A stretch of 64,000 nt of DNA, from assembly GCA_002811645.1 (NCBI GenBank), contig PDIP01000045.1, positions 25,981 through 89,980 on the forward strand, in the 5' to 3' direction. The number at the start of each line of letters is the position of its first letter. The stretch's first letter is position 1. Positions 12,014 to 22,633 of this stretch are shown in pieces. A program made the position numbers and the translations under genes. The notes beneath the pieces are model-generated. The model ran no database searches. It worked only from the letters and a program-made list of their open reading frames with translations, and was not told the DNA's origin. The DNA comes from Corallochytrium limacisporum Hawaii (Eukaryota > Protista > Pluriformea).

Positions 12014-13002
12014 CCCCCCGGGGGGGGGGCGGGGGCGGGGAGAGCCTGGGACTCGCTGTCGGCTTGGCGGCGGTTGCATCCTTGTCGTTTTCCTGACCCA
12101 AATACACTACTACTCTTCGGGGCCCGCAGTGGTTGTGTCCCCTTGAGCAAGTCAGCATTTAGCACTGACCAATAAGGAGCACTGGGGTATACCATGCACA
12201 CCTTCGCTCCGTCAGTTACTGCTGAGTCTGTAGGATGGTGCCATAACTGCTTCCAAACGTATCCCGACCTTGGGCATGATAAGGCGATGAGCAATAGGAG
12301 GCGAATATTGGATGGTGTGAGTAGGAAGGTTGTGAAAGATCCCCGTGCACTCCTCGGACCTATTCGTGGTATTGATGTTTGATCACACAGCAAGTCCTGT
12401 GTATCCGTGTATTCCTGCCATTTTTCTAATGCCACGACGATGTGGTGGGGAGTGTTTGCTGCGATTGAGGCAAGAGCGGCAGAAAGCGCTTTCTGAATCT
12501 TTTTTTTTCGAAATCATACACTTCATGAGTCAACTCATTGCTACACAATGCTAAACCAATTACCAACATGGCGCGCGCGCACAGACACAACTGTCTTTGA
12601 TGTCTGCGGCTTTGGCACCACCTGTAATAGTGTTTTGTAATTTCCCCGCCCACACTGTGTATGGGTGTGCGTTAAGACCGGCGTTGTGTGTTCATGCGTT
12701 GTTGTTTGTCGCGTTGTTTGCAGCGGTGTGAAGTGCAGTGCAGCCTCATCTGTTTCAGCTAAGGAATAGAAATTCTGCCGGACCTCTTGGTTATCGTTGA
12801 CGGATATCGAAAAAATAGTTCTGCAACAAGTGGATACGAACCAACCAGGCCCCGGTTCGTTGTGGATTGGTAATGGTACATGAACGATGGGACGTGTGTT
12901 TGAGAAAAGAGGATCACATCTGAACAATGTTTCATGGAACACTTGATCAGTGGACTGGCAGAATTCGTGATAGTCGCTCAGTTGTTCTGAAACGGTTCAA
13001 AG

Positions 13003-15093
13003 ATGGCTCCTGAAAAACGCCCCAATTCCGCCGCCAACGGTGAGCCCAAGAGGCAAAAGCTGATTATCCCTGGTGTTGTTGGAAAGAGTATCAACAACAT
13101 CCGGTCTCTGGCTATTGACATGGTCCAGAGCGCCAACAGTGGTCACCCCGGTGCCCCAATGGGTCTAGCCCCGGTCGCTCACGTCCTCTGGGGAGAGACA
13201 ATGAACTACAACCCTAAGAACCGGTATTGGCCTGGTCGCGACCGCTTTGTTCTGAGTAACGGACACTCGTGTGCCCTTCAGTACGCTATGCTGCACCTAG
13301 CCGGCTACGATGTGACCAATGAGGACATCAGCCACTTCCGTCAGGCTGGTTCCCGCACTCCAGGTCACCCCGAGAACCATGTCACTGACGGTATTGAGGT
13401 CACCACGGGTCCTCTAGGTCAGGGTGTTGCCAATGCTGTTGGTTTGGCCCTGGCTTCAAAGCACATTGCCGCCAAGTACAGCAGGCCCGGTTTCGAGGAT
13501 TTGTTCGACACCAAGATCTACTGCATCCTGGGCGATGGCTGCCACATGGAGGGTATTGCTTCTGAAGCCTGCTCTTTGGCCGGTCATCTGGGCTTGGACA
13601 ATTTGATTTGTGTCTACGATGACAACGAGATCTCTATCGACGGAAGCACTAACCTGGCTTTCACCGAAAACAATCAGATGCGCATGGAAGCCTACGGCTG
13701 GAACGTTATCATTGTCAAAGACGGTGACCATGACCTGGACGCCTTCCGCGATGCCCTGAAGGTTGCGAAATCCACCAAGGGACGTCCCACCCAGATCAAC
13801 ATGCGCACCACCATCGGATACGGAGCTCTGAAGGAGGCCACCCAAGCCGTCCATGGTGCTGCTCTCGGTGTTGAAGAGTGTAAGCGCGTGAAGGGTGTCA
13901 TGGGAATGAATCCTGACGCTATGTTTGAGGTCCTCCCCGAGGTTGCCGAATACTGGCAGAAGCATGGTGTTGAGGCCGGTGCCGAAAAGGAGAGAGTCTG
14001 GAACGAAAAATGGGCAAAGTATGCTGCTGAGTACCCCAAGGAGGCTGCCGAGCTGGAGGCTACCCTGAAGAAGGAGTGGCCCGAGGGTCTGATTGAGGGA
14101 TTCCCCAAGTGGACTCCTGAGGATAAGGCAGAGGCCACTCGCAAAACCCACCAGAAGTGTCTTGAGTACATCATGGGTGCCATGCCAAATGTTATTGGTG
14201 GCAGTGCTGATCTGGCTCCATCTAATTGCACTATTACCAAGCACTCTAAGGACATTCAAGCAGGACATTATGACGGGAACAATATTCGATTCGGTGTCCG
14301 CGAGCATGCTATGGGGGCAATTGCCAACGGTTTGGCTGCGTACGGTGGTCTGCTGCCATTTGTGGCCACTTTCAGCAACTTCCTGAGCTATTGCTGGCCT
14401 GCCGCCCGTCTGGCTGCCTTGTCTGAGTTCCAAGTGCTTTACACTCTGACCCACGATTCTATCGGATTGGGTGAGGACGGTCCCACTCATCAGCCCATTG
14501 AGATTCTGGCCTTGAGCCGTGCCTGCCCGAACATGCACACTTTCCGGCCCGCGGACGGTAATGAGACCTCCGGCGCCTACATCGAGGCTTTGAAGTTTAA
14601 GAAGGGTCCTAGCATTATGCATTTCAGTCGCCAAAATCTTGCTCAGATTCCGGGTACGTCTGCGGAGAACGTTGCCAAAGGTGCCTACACTGTCATCGAT
14701 GCGGAGGATGGTCAACCCGAGCTAATTTTCATCGCGACCGGATCTGAGGTCGAGATCTGCATGCACGCTATGAAGGAGGAGCCCTTGGCCAACAAGAAAG
14801 TCCGTCTTGTCAGTGCTCCTTGTCTAGAACTGTTCCGTCAAAGTGGTCTGGAGCATATCAACGCCACTCTTCTCCCCGGTGTTACTACTATCTTCGTCGA
14901 GGCAGGCGGTACTTTCGGTCTTCAGGAGTTCAGCCACGGTCAGATCGCCCTGAAAGATTTCGGGGCCAGTGGTCCGTACAAGAAGATCTACGAGCTCTTT
15001 GAGATGGATGCCCCCAACGTTGCGCGCCGCGCCGCTGAGTTCATGAAGCTCGGCTACACACACGGCCTCGACATCCAGCATCGTAATGTTTAG
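13003..15093 (+). CDS. TKT: Transketolase (fungal/bacterial type)
   Basis: ANSGHPGAPMG, RDRFVLSNGH, TTGPLGQG, GDGC.MEG TPP-binding motif, THDSIGLGEDGPTHQP. Confidence 0.98.
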   Translation: MAPEKRPNSAANGEPKRQKLIIPGVVGKSINNIRSLAIDMVQSANSGHPGAPMGLAPVAHVLWGETMNYNPKNRYWPGRDRFVLSNGHSCALQYAMLHLAGYDVTNEDISHFRQAGSRTPGHPENHVTDGIEVTTGPLGQGVANAVGLALASKHIAAKYSRPGFEDLFDTKIYCILGDGCHMEGIASEACSLAGHLGLDNLICVYDDNEISIDGSTNLAFTENNQMRMEAYGWNVIIVKDGDHDLDAFRDALKVAKSTKGRPTQINMRTTIGYGALKEATQAVHGAALGVEECKRVKGVMGMNPDAMFEVLPEVAEYWQKHGVEAGAEKERVWNEKWAKYAAEYPKEAAELEATLKKEWPEGLIEGFPKWTPEDKAEATRKTHQKCLEYIMGAMPNVIGGSADLAPSNCTITKHSKDIQAGHYDGNNIRFGVREHAMGAIANGLAAYGGLLPFVATFSNFLSYCWPAARLAALSEFQVLYTLTHDSIGLGEDGPTHQPIEILALSRACPNMHTFRPADGNETSGAYIEALKFKKGPSIMHFSRQNLAQIPGTSAENVAKGAYTVIDAEDGQPELIFIATGSEVEICMHAMKEEPLANKKVRLVSAPCLELFRQSGLEHINATLLPGVTTIFVEAGGTFGLQEFSHGQIALKDFGASGPYKKIYELFEMDAPNVARRAAEFMKLGYTHGLDIQHRNV

Positions 15094-15212
15094 CTTTCAC
15101 CTAAAGATGTCGGACACCACATTTCTTTTACCAACACATACACATGCACTTTATTACATCGTAACCCTGCTCTTACGGAGATTTTCGGTTGTCGAAATCC
15201 TTTTGGGCTCCA

Positions 15213-16415
15213 TCACGTTGATGTCGTTTGTGGCGCCTGGGCACCTGGTTTCTGATCCCGGAAGGATGAATACAGTGTGTAGAGCAAGCGCATTGTGGTC
15301 TTTGGCTCGCCTTCAAGAATATCTTGCTTCGGAATCTTGTTCAGTTTCACACCCATGCGCTTCATCATATAGTAGGCCAACCTAATGTTGTCCATCTTTT
15401 CTTTGTCTGTCCTAGGAAGAGCATGGTACCGGCGGAAAGGAACGAACACGTTCGCCAAATGGCTCAGAAGAAGGATCAGGTAAACACCATCCCTAAAATC
15501 AGTATCAATACTCTTTGCATGAACATCGAGTCGATTCAGGTGCGCATTAACAAAGCCCAGCAAGGAATCCCGGACCGAAGGCAGCTTTTCCGGTGCGTCC
15601 CTGAACAAGATGTCAAACGAATCGACAGCACCCATACTGAGAACCTCGTCAGTTTCCTCGTCTGAGTACTCGTACTCTGCATAGTCAATATCAAGATCCC
15701 GGACTAATTGCTTGAGGTTAGTCGCCAAGGAAATATTGCCAATCTGGTCAGAGAGATCTCCCTGTGAACCCTTAATGGCCGTCAAATCCTCGGCACTTGA
15801 TCGCTTCCCGTCTTCATCGTAGGTTATCTGGTATTTGACAACCTTGTTAACCTTTGCCTCTGAATCCTTAAAATCTGGATGATCTGCATTCTTGAGCATA
15901 TTAATACTCAACGGAGCCGGGAGACTGAGGGTGAAGGGGATAACCTTTGTTAGCGCGACCAAAACATGCAAGACCGCTGGCAGCTCCTTATTGTAAATGC
16001 CGTCGACATCAAACGGATGTTTTTCAGTGCTGGAAACGCCCAGCTCTACTTCAATCACCCTTAGGCACAGTCGGATATTATCTTTCATGCTCCGCTCGCT
16101 TTGTGCTACTTCGCTGTAAGGAACCTCAACGCCCACAGCTCTCTTAATAAATATGGCCAGCAGAATGCCATCGTGAAGGTCCCTGGCCAGGTCCCTGACA
16201 ACGATGTCATCGTGTTGCAAGTATGAGTTGAGCCACCGAGTTAAGTTGCTGATCAACTTTGTCACCTTTGGGTCCGACTTTGATGTATGATGAATTTCTA
16301 GAGGAAGATCTACTTTCGCCACTGCCTGCAGTGTGTCACCGATGGTACTCAAGCCCTGTTCAGCAAACTGCTGATATTCTTTGCGCCTGTTCTTCGGCGC
16401 TGCAGCCTGTGCCAT
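15213..16415 (-). CDS. PARV: Parvin (two calponin-homology domains)
   Basis: CH1 (WLNSYL..VRDLARDLHDG, VDGIYNKELPAVLHVLVAL) and CH2 preceded by DSFDILFRDAPEKL, the parvin paxillin-binding signature. ATG at 16415. Confidence 0.92.
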   Translation of the reverse strand: MAQAAAPKNRRKEYQQFAEQGLSTIGDTLQAVAKVDLPLEIHHTSKSDPKVTKLISNLTRWLNSYLQHDDIVVRDLARDLHDGILLAIFIKRAVGVEVPYSEVAQSERSMKDNIRLCLRVIEVELGVSSTEKHPFDVDGIYNKELPAVLHVLVALTKVIPFTLSLPAPLSINMLKNADHPDFKDSEAKVNKVVKYQITYDEDGKRSSAEDLTAIKGSQGDLSDQIGNISLATNLKQLVRDLDIDYAEYEYSDEETDEVLSMGAVDSFDILFRDAPEKLPSVRDSLLGFVNAHLNRLDVHAKSIDTDFRDGVYLILLLSHLANVFVPFRRYHALPRTDKEKMDNIRLAYYMMKRMGVKLNKIPKQDILEGEPKTTMRLLYTLYSSFRDQKPGAQAPQTTST

Positions 16416-16846
16416 AGTTGAAATACTGCCTTTCCTTTCTTTAATGCACTGTAGAGGATCAGATGTATTTCCTGTCCTGATCAATGTCGCCTGGCCCTAT
16501 TGAAATAGCTCTGTATCCTAGGACAGGTCCGTGAACGATGAGTGAAACCCTGGTGAACCCGATCTACAAACATTCCCCCTCCCCCCCCTCTGACCCTCCC
16601 TCCTCGGGGCGGTTTCCCGGGACGCCCGGCCACTCACTGGACCCACCAAAAAAATATTATCCAATCAGCGCCGGGAAATATGATGTGCACTAAATCAATA
16701 ATATTGATTTTAAATCACAATCTCGACACAAATTCAGCTCTAAGGAAGTGTTCGCTTGAATCTATTGTAGCGTTGATCTATTTGTTATTCTCAAAATTTG
16801 GTTTGCTTCGCGGTGGATTTGCGGATTGAGTATCTTGTTGGTCTAT

Positions 16847-19642
16847 TTACCGCACCAGTTCCCAATCACCATGTTTGGTACGCTTTGGTAACCAGCGTTT
16901 CAATGCTTGTGCATCGTTTTTGATAGCTACGTCAGCGTCAGGTTCGTGCTTGAACAGATCCTGAAAGTGGAGACCGCGGGCTTCATAAGCGTCATGGATG
17001 GCTTTCTGTCCTTCTGGATGGCGGTCCTGAAGTATACGATCAGTAATTCGAAGAAGATTCTGCGGGAACACTTTTGGATCACGCGCATTCTCTATCTGGT
17101 AGACGAGGAAGTCCGCTGCACTGTCGACGTGACCATTACACAGTGCCAATGCCAGACTTTGGTACGCGACCTTGCAGTGGACAATGTCATTCCACTGCAT
17201 TTCGTCCATAATGCCAAGTCCCTGGAGCTCAACAAAGCGGAATAGTGACGACAGCCCAGTACCACGCATATCACGGAAGCGGATACCCTCACGGACCATG
17301 GCAGAGAATATGTCAGCGTGGATATCTCCCGGGACGGCATCACGCTTCGTGTAGTGAAGAACATTGCTCATGACGCGATGGTCCACATTCTTTATCTGAG
17401 CAACAATGACGTCTCTCAAAAGGGTCCATTTTTGTTGCTGTACCAACTCCTTAATTGCACGCTGTAGCATGGCCGGTGTAACCTTCCTCCTGTGTATCAT
17501 GTCTTCAGCATGAACACTGGCAACTGCACCTTCCCTGGTCTTGACAAACGTATGGGCCGGGTTGTGTGATTCCTTGGTCTCCAAAACGTCCAGCTTTGGC
17601 TCGAGCGGAAGGTACCAATCATTGAATTCGATGTCATTTTCGGAATGGGTCGCAACATGCTGGACGAGGTGTCCCAAGGCATTCGCGTAGCTCTTGCTCA
17701 TAGTCTCATCGTAGTTGGTTGCAACGCTTGTGATTGTCTCATCCGAGGGCAAGGAGTCGACGATGAACTCGACAAGACTTTTTGTAGCTCGTATAGGAAC
17801 ATGTGGACCACACAAAACGGCTGCACAAGACTTGATCGCTTCCGGTGAAGGAATTGGCAATGTAGTTTCCGTGTCATCAAAAGATGCACCGAGCCTTCGA
17901 CGAGCTTCCTCCCAGCCAGTACCCTTCAAGGCACCGAGTGCTTCACGCTCGTAGAACACTTCAAACAGTGCATACTGTGCTGCAGACGGTCGCACGCCAT
18001 GTTCCATATCTTGCACCTTCAAGAGTGCCCACGCTCCTGTCTCACTACCATGGCGCAAAAGCTGGCTCTCCATCAGCTGCTGGAAGGCCTGTCGCTTTTC
18101 CGTACACGAGACCAAGTGTTCGCCGGCATCCCGGTTGTTGATGATCTGATTTTGAAGCAGACGATCGGCGACATGCGCAAAATTCTGCTGCCGTCCAATC
18201 ACACGTGCAGCATTCAACCAGACCCTAGCCGGAAGATCATCAATGGAAAGATTGCTTATGCTCAGCTCATCCAATATTTTGACCATCGCCCCTGACGACT
18301 TCGAGGTGACTGGACCACGCGCAAGGTCTTCAACAATCTGAGTAACTGCATACGTGTTACCTTGCATGCCACTGTCCCCGAAAAGCTTTTCCACGAGGTC
18401 CTTGTACTGGCCAGAGCGCAGTTGCATTCTCATTTGCGTGAGGCGAATGTAGTTTGTCAGTACAGCTTTGAGATCGGGTGCCCCAACATCAAAGGTGACC
18501 GGCACGTTAGAGAATTGGAGCGATGGCGTATCAGCGGCGATAAGGGTTCCATCGTTTATGATATCTGACAATTTGCTAAGCCCCGTCCAGGATCGTGACT
18601 GCAGACAAGCATCTGCAATGAGGGCCACGTCCTGGGACCCAAGCTTCGCATCTGCTGCGCTCATCTTGGTAGACAGATACGTCAAGGCCTCTGTTGGTGC
18701 CTCTGTGTGAACGATGCCCCCTACACGAGGAAGAGCAAGTGTTCTGAAGAAGTTCAACCAGACCTGCTGGTTGATACACGCCTTTCCTCCGGGCAGCATT
18801 TCAGCCGTGAAATCGATGATTTCTTGAGCCCTTTGCCCAATTTCCTGACGGCGGGCAAGAGCAGAAGGGCCAGATGCTCTGTGCCTCAATGCTCCCAGCA
18901 ACACCTCTGAGTATGGTAGAATGTCTTCAGGTTGATTGAAAATTCCCGACTCTCGCATGAATGACAAAGCTTTGGAAGCCTTTTTCAAACTTGTATGATG
19001 GGAAAATGCTTTTGATTTGAAATGCGGCAGCATGGACTCATGACTGGCCTGCAAGATATCATTTGAGGTCTTTCCACTCTCAACACACAAGCCGAACCAC
19101 AAATGCAATTGCTTTCTTTGCACGCGAGACAGCTTCAAAGACCTCTCTGCGGATACATCTGCACCGGGCCCAGAGCCAGATTCGCCTCCAAAGGCATTAG
19201 GAACTTGCACGGATTCGGTATGAAGTTGTGCGTGCTCGATGGCATACTGTAATCCTGTCGCCGATCCAAATTCCACTGTGTTTAGGTGAGGTTCTGGAGA
19301 CTGTGTTGAATTCGTGTGCTTCCCATATTTGTACACAAATCCAGATGTCTCCTGGGTGGTAGCATGGGAGGAAGCAGCGTGCTGGCGGACTGACTTTGTC
19401 GCCTTGCTGAAATATCGCATTTGCTGATCAAAATATCTAGGCATGGATACATAGGGATTCAGACTGTAACCTGCGACGGGCGCCCCAAGTGCATTCGTTG
19501 TCGTTTGTTCCTGGCGTGCTCTGTACAGCAACGCGATATGAAGACCGTTTGCCAAGGTCGCAAATGTTGCCATTCGTGTCACAACATTGTACGGATTTTT
19601 GGCTTTAGAGCCTAACGTAAAGAACCTACCCGCTAACACCAT
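16847..19642 (-). CDS. Uncharacterised ~930-aa protein, possibly a mitochondrial helical-repeat protein
   Basis: Long uninterrupted ORF with an Arg/Ser/Ala-rich, acid-poor N-terminus and a helical-looking body. No family recognised; start uncertain. Confidence 0.7.
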   Translation of the reverse strand: MVLAGRFFTLGSKAKNPYNVVTRMATFATLANGLHIALLYRARQEQTTTNALGAPVAGYSLNPYVSMPRYFDQQMRYFSKATKSVRQHAASSHATTQETSGFVYKYGKHTNSTQSPEPHLNTVEFGSATGLQYAIEHAQLHTESVQVPNAFGGESGSGPGADVSAERSLKLSRVQRKQLHLWFGLCVESGKTSNDILQASHESMLPHFKSKAFSHHTSLKKASKALSFMRESGIFNQPEDILPYSEVLLGALRHRASGPSALARRQEIGQRAQEIIDFTAEMLPGGKACINQQVWLNFFRTLALPRVGGIVHTEAPTEALTYLSTKMSAADAKLGSQDVALIADACLQSRSWTGLSKLSDIINDGTLIAADTPSLQFSNVPVTFDVGAPDLKAVLTNYIRLTQMRMQLRSGQYKDLVEKLFGDSGMQGNTYAVTQIVEDLARGPVTSKSSGAMVKILDELSISNLSIDDLPARVWLNAARVIGRQQNFAHVADRLLQNQIINNRDAGEHLVSCTEKRQAFQQLMESQLLRHGSETGAWALLKVQDMEHGVRPSAAQYALFEVFYEREALGALKGTGWEEARRRLGASFDDTETTLPIPSPEAIKSCAAVLCGPHVPIRATKSLVEFIVDSLPSDETITSVATNYDETMSKSYANALGHLVQHVATHSENDIEFNDWYLPLEPKLDVLETKESHNPAHTFVKTREGAVASVHAEDMIHRRKVTPAMLQRAIKELVQQQKWTLLRDVIVAQIKNVDHRVMSNVLHYTKRDAVPGDIHADIFSAMVREGIRFRDMRGTGLSSLFRFVELQGLGIMDEMQWNDIVHCKVAYQSLALALCNGHVDSAADFLVYQIENARDPKVFPQNLLRITDRILQDRHPEGQKAIHDAYEARGLHFQDLFKHEPDADVAIKNDAQALKRWLPKRTKHGDWELVR

Positions 19643-20516
19643 CTTTTCAATCTGTATGGAATTATCCTTGGAGCCTGTGGCTCGAAGACGATTTACGCCA
19701 TAATTATGACCTGTGTATATATAGAAAATATACAGTTCCCGTTCGTGTTCCACACAAAACTTTAGCGTCACCTTTGAATAATTGTACTATCTTAAAACTC
19801 TATAATTTTCGATTTGACAGTTCGCGGGATCAAGTACCATGTCACAGAATATACACTGCAAACCGAGGGAGCACTGCGTGGGCCAAACCCGCCGACCATG
19901 AGACCCCCCCTCCCAGCCGTGTTCCCCCTCTTTGTCGGTCCGTGATATCTCCTTCAAAGTGTTACAGTTGTGGAACGGGTGGTCGCGCTACTGGTAGAGG
20001 GAAGTAACGCGGGCGCCCGGCAGGAAGAGGCAGAAGGAAGGGGGCGGACTTTTTCGGTCACCGAAGGAAAGGTTTCGGTGCCCTTTTGATTCGCCATATG
20101 ACTCGGGGGTTTTGTTCGCGTGGTGTGATAGCCCTTTTTGTTTTGTACGACCTTATGCTCGCACTAGGAAATATATAATGGGTGAAAATCTAAAACGGCA
20201 GACACGTCCGGTTATTACTACAGAGAGCATGTTCGCTTTTGGCCACAGCGGAGAAAATTGCACAGGAGGCACAATACACCCAAAAGTGAAAATACCTGTG
20301 CCCTTCGTTAATTCCGGGGTGAGGTGTGGCGTGTGAACTGGCCGATCCAAGACTACGCAATCCGGTGTGCTATTTGTGGCAACCATGGGTGGCACCTTCG
20401 GGGGAAGCGCTTCTTGTAACCGGTTGAGTATGAAGACGTTCAAAGTCTGGCGATCACTTGGCATTCGGAAACAGACATAGGCTTTGCTTATCAACCAGGT
20501 TCAAAGAACGTCGGCT

Positions 20517-21305
20517 ATGTGTGATTTACTATATCTCAAGGACCCTGACCTTCACGAAACCGAGGCAGAAGTCACCCATGTCGGTGAAGTAGCTGAAGAC
20601 GGCAAGAACGTACCAATAAGTCTAAATCAGACTCCTTTCTACCCACAGGGTGGCGGACAACCCTCTGATCGTGGTCATTTGCACATTTTGGATGACGCTG
20701 ATGTTCTGCCACTGAATGTGCAGAAAGTTCAGAAGGATGGAGATGTGGGTGTTGTCCATCACGTTGGTCATGAAGAACGGGGCGTTCTTGAGAGCTTGAA
20801 GGTTGGCACGAGGCTGAAAGCAAAAGTAGACTCTGATCTGCGGCATTGGCATTGCCGGTTACACAGTGGTGGTCACCTCATCGATGATGCCGTGAAGAAA
20901 TGTGGGTATCATTGGGTCAGTGGCAAGGCGTACCACTTTCCCGATGGTCCTTACGTCGAATATGAAGGAAACCTCCCGGCGCCAGACCGTGAAGGGGCTG
21001 TAAAGGCGCTTAATGATGCCTGCGTGGAAATTATGGCCAGCGATGTGATAAAGAACGAATGTCAAGTGTTGATGGTGCCATACGACGATCTTGAGAGAGT
21101 GACGGGCCAGGAGGTTCCGGACTTCTTGGAGAAGGGGCAGCCTTGCCGGGTTGTAAACATCCTTGGAACTCCAGATGGTGTGCATCTCATCTGTGGAGGC
21201 ACGCACGTCAAGAAAGCCGAGGATATTGGTAAGGTTACGATCAAGAAGATTAAGGTCAAGGGCAGGAAAATCAAGGTACAGTACACAGTCACCCCGGGTC
21301 CTTAA
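20517..21305 (+). CDS. Free-standing alanyl-tRNA editing protein (AlaX-M type)
   Basis: TPFYPQGGGQPSDRG plus HSGGH (HxxxH) and CGGTH (CxxxH) zinc motifs. No aminoacylation domain. Confidence 0.9.
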   Translation: MCDLLYLKDPDLHETEAEVTHVGEVAEDGKNVPISLNQTPFYPQGGGQPSDRGHLHILDDADVLPLNVQKVQKDGDVGVVHHVGHEERGVLESLKVGTRLKAKVDSDLRHWHCRLHSGGHLIDDAVKKCGYHWVSGKAYHFPDGPYVEYEGNLPAPDREGAVKALNDACVEIMASDVIKNECQVLMVPYDDLERVTGQEVPDFLEKGQPCRVVNILGTPDGVHLICGGTHVKKAEDIGKVTIKKIKVKGRKIKVQYTVTPGP

Positions 21306-22633
21306 TACTTCTTTGCATAAAGAATTTCCGTATATTAAAATTTCCTATATAAACATATTATATTTCATTTTGGTTTGTATTTTCAAAGATATGCCAGTTC
21401 GGTATATAAGTACATTGCAAATAAGAAGTATATCCAACTGGTCTCAAGAAAGAACTCATCCCAGCTTTCCGACTTGGAGCAACTAGTGAAGGCCCGCCAG
21501 CAAGGGAAACTCCGAAACGCCAGTCACGAGCGCTTAGAAAACTGCAGTCGCGTGTGCCCTGCCTTGTGAGCATGATTTACGTGCCCGCCGCCTGAACCCT
21601 CTGCAGTGCCAGGTCACACCACACAAAATCAGCCATCACGACTCAGTCCGTGGCAATGCCGCTCGTACTTTCAGTAAGGACTTTCGCCTGCGACTCCGAG
21701 GCGTGAACGATCAAAACAAACGGAAAACCCTTTCGCCGTCAAGGTGCCCTCTTGCAATTGGAAGCCTTTGACATCAGAGTTAGAGCTGTGCATATACCTA
21801 TTGCTCGATGGAAATCAGTGCAAGGGCAAAAAGGGAAAACAAAAGCCCAGCTCAAGTGCGGTGATGCCCACTCGATCGACACCGTGCACGTACCGGAAAA
21901 CGGTAAACAAAAAATGCAAAAATGGAAAGCGAGACGGAGATCCTCAGCGTACTTTGACTATGGCGAAACGACACACGTGGGGATCCCGGCACTGACGACG
22001 AAATCCCCAACGTGAAAAGTCATATGGAAGCGCATACATAGTGCATCTGCGAGGAGCAACACCCCTGAAAAATTGAAGACTGGGTCGTAATCTGGGCCCT
22101 CAGGAATGGACAAGGAGGGACCCATCCTGTGGTATAGTGAGTAAAACAATGTTTCCATAAACAACTCTTAGTATATAATGTTCTAAATCTCGTTGCACAT
22201 TGACTGCTGTAGGGTGTATATGCCTATTGACCCAATGTGGTGAACGACAGTCTGAGGGCATTGACTAGAAAACCCCGTGGACCGGAACTGTCGCTCCCCG
22301 CAGTGGGTGTTGGCTGTACTGAGTGAGGTGAAGCGATAGCGGAAACTAGGGTCCGCATAAGCGCTGTGAAGCTCCTGTGTAAGTGTTTGCTTCATAGAGC
22401 GCTTCGGGAGAGAATGCAATAGAGCAGCACAAGCACAGTTGCATATAGGGCAACCAGTGCCATGTGTGACGTCCCTCTGACTGTGTGAACCAGGGAAATT
22501 GATCATGGTGTCAGCTATTTATACTATCTCTCGACGACACTGTGCGACACGAGCACCGCTTCTTCCACAGTTCGTCCATTTCGGATCAAGTGGTCTGTCT
22601 TAACATTTTGGGCGGGAACATAACATAGCCGTC

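Noticed and set aside
13456-14715. Long antisense ORFs (13456-14715, 26691-27644, 29855-30889, 31433-32083, 41145-42359, 44418-45194)
   Set aside because: Shadow frames opposite well-supported, codon-biased genes, with no protein motifs.
21973-22014. Hammerhead-like core (ATC...CTGACGA.CGAAA with a stem III)
   Set aside because: Only 6 nt are available for stem I and 1 nt for stem II, so it cannot fold as a hammerhead.
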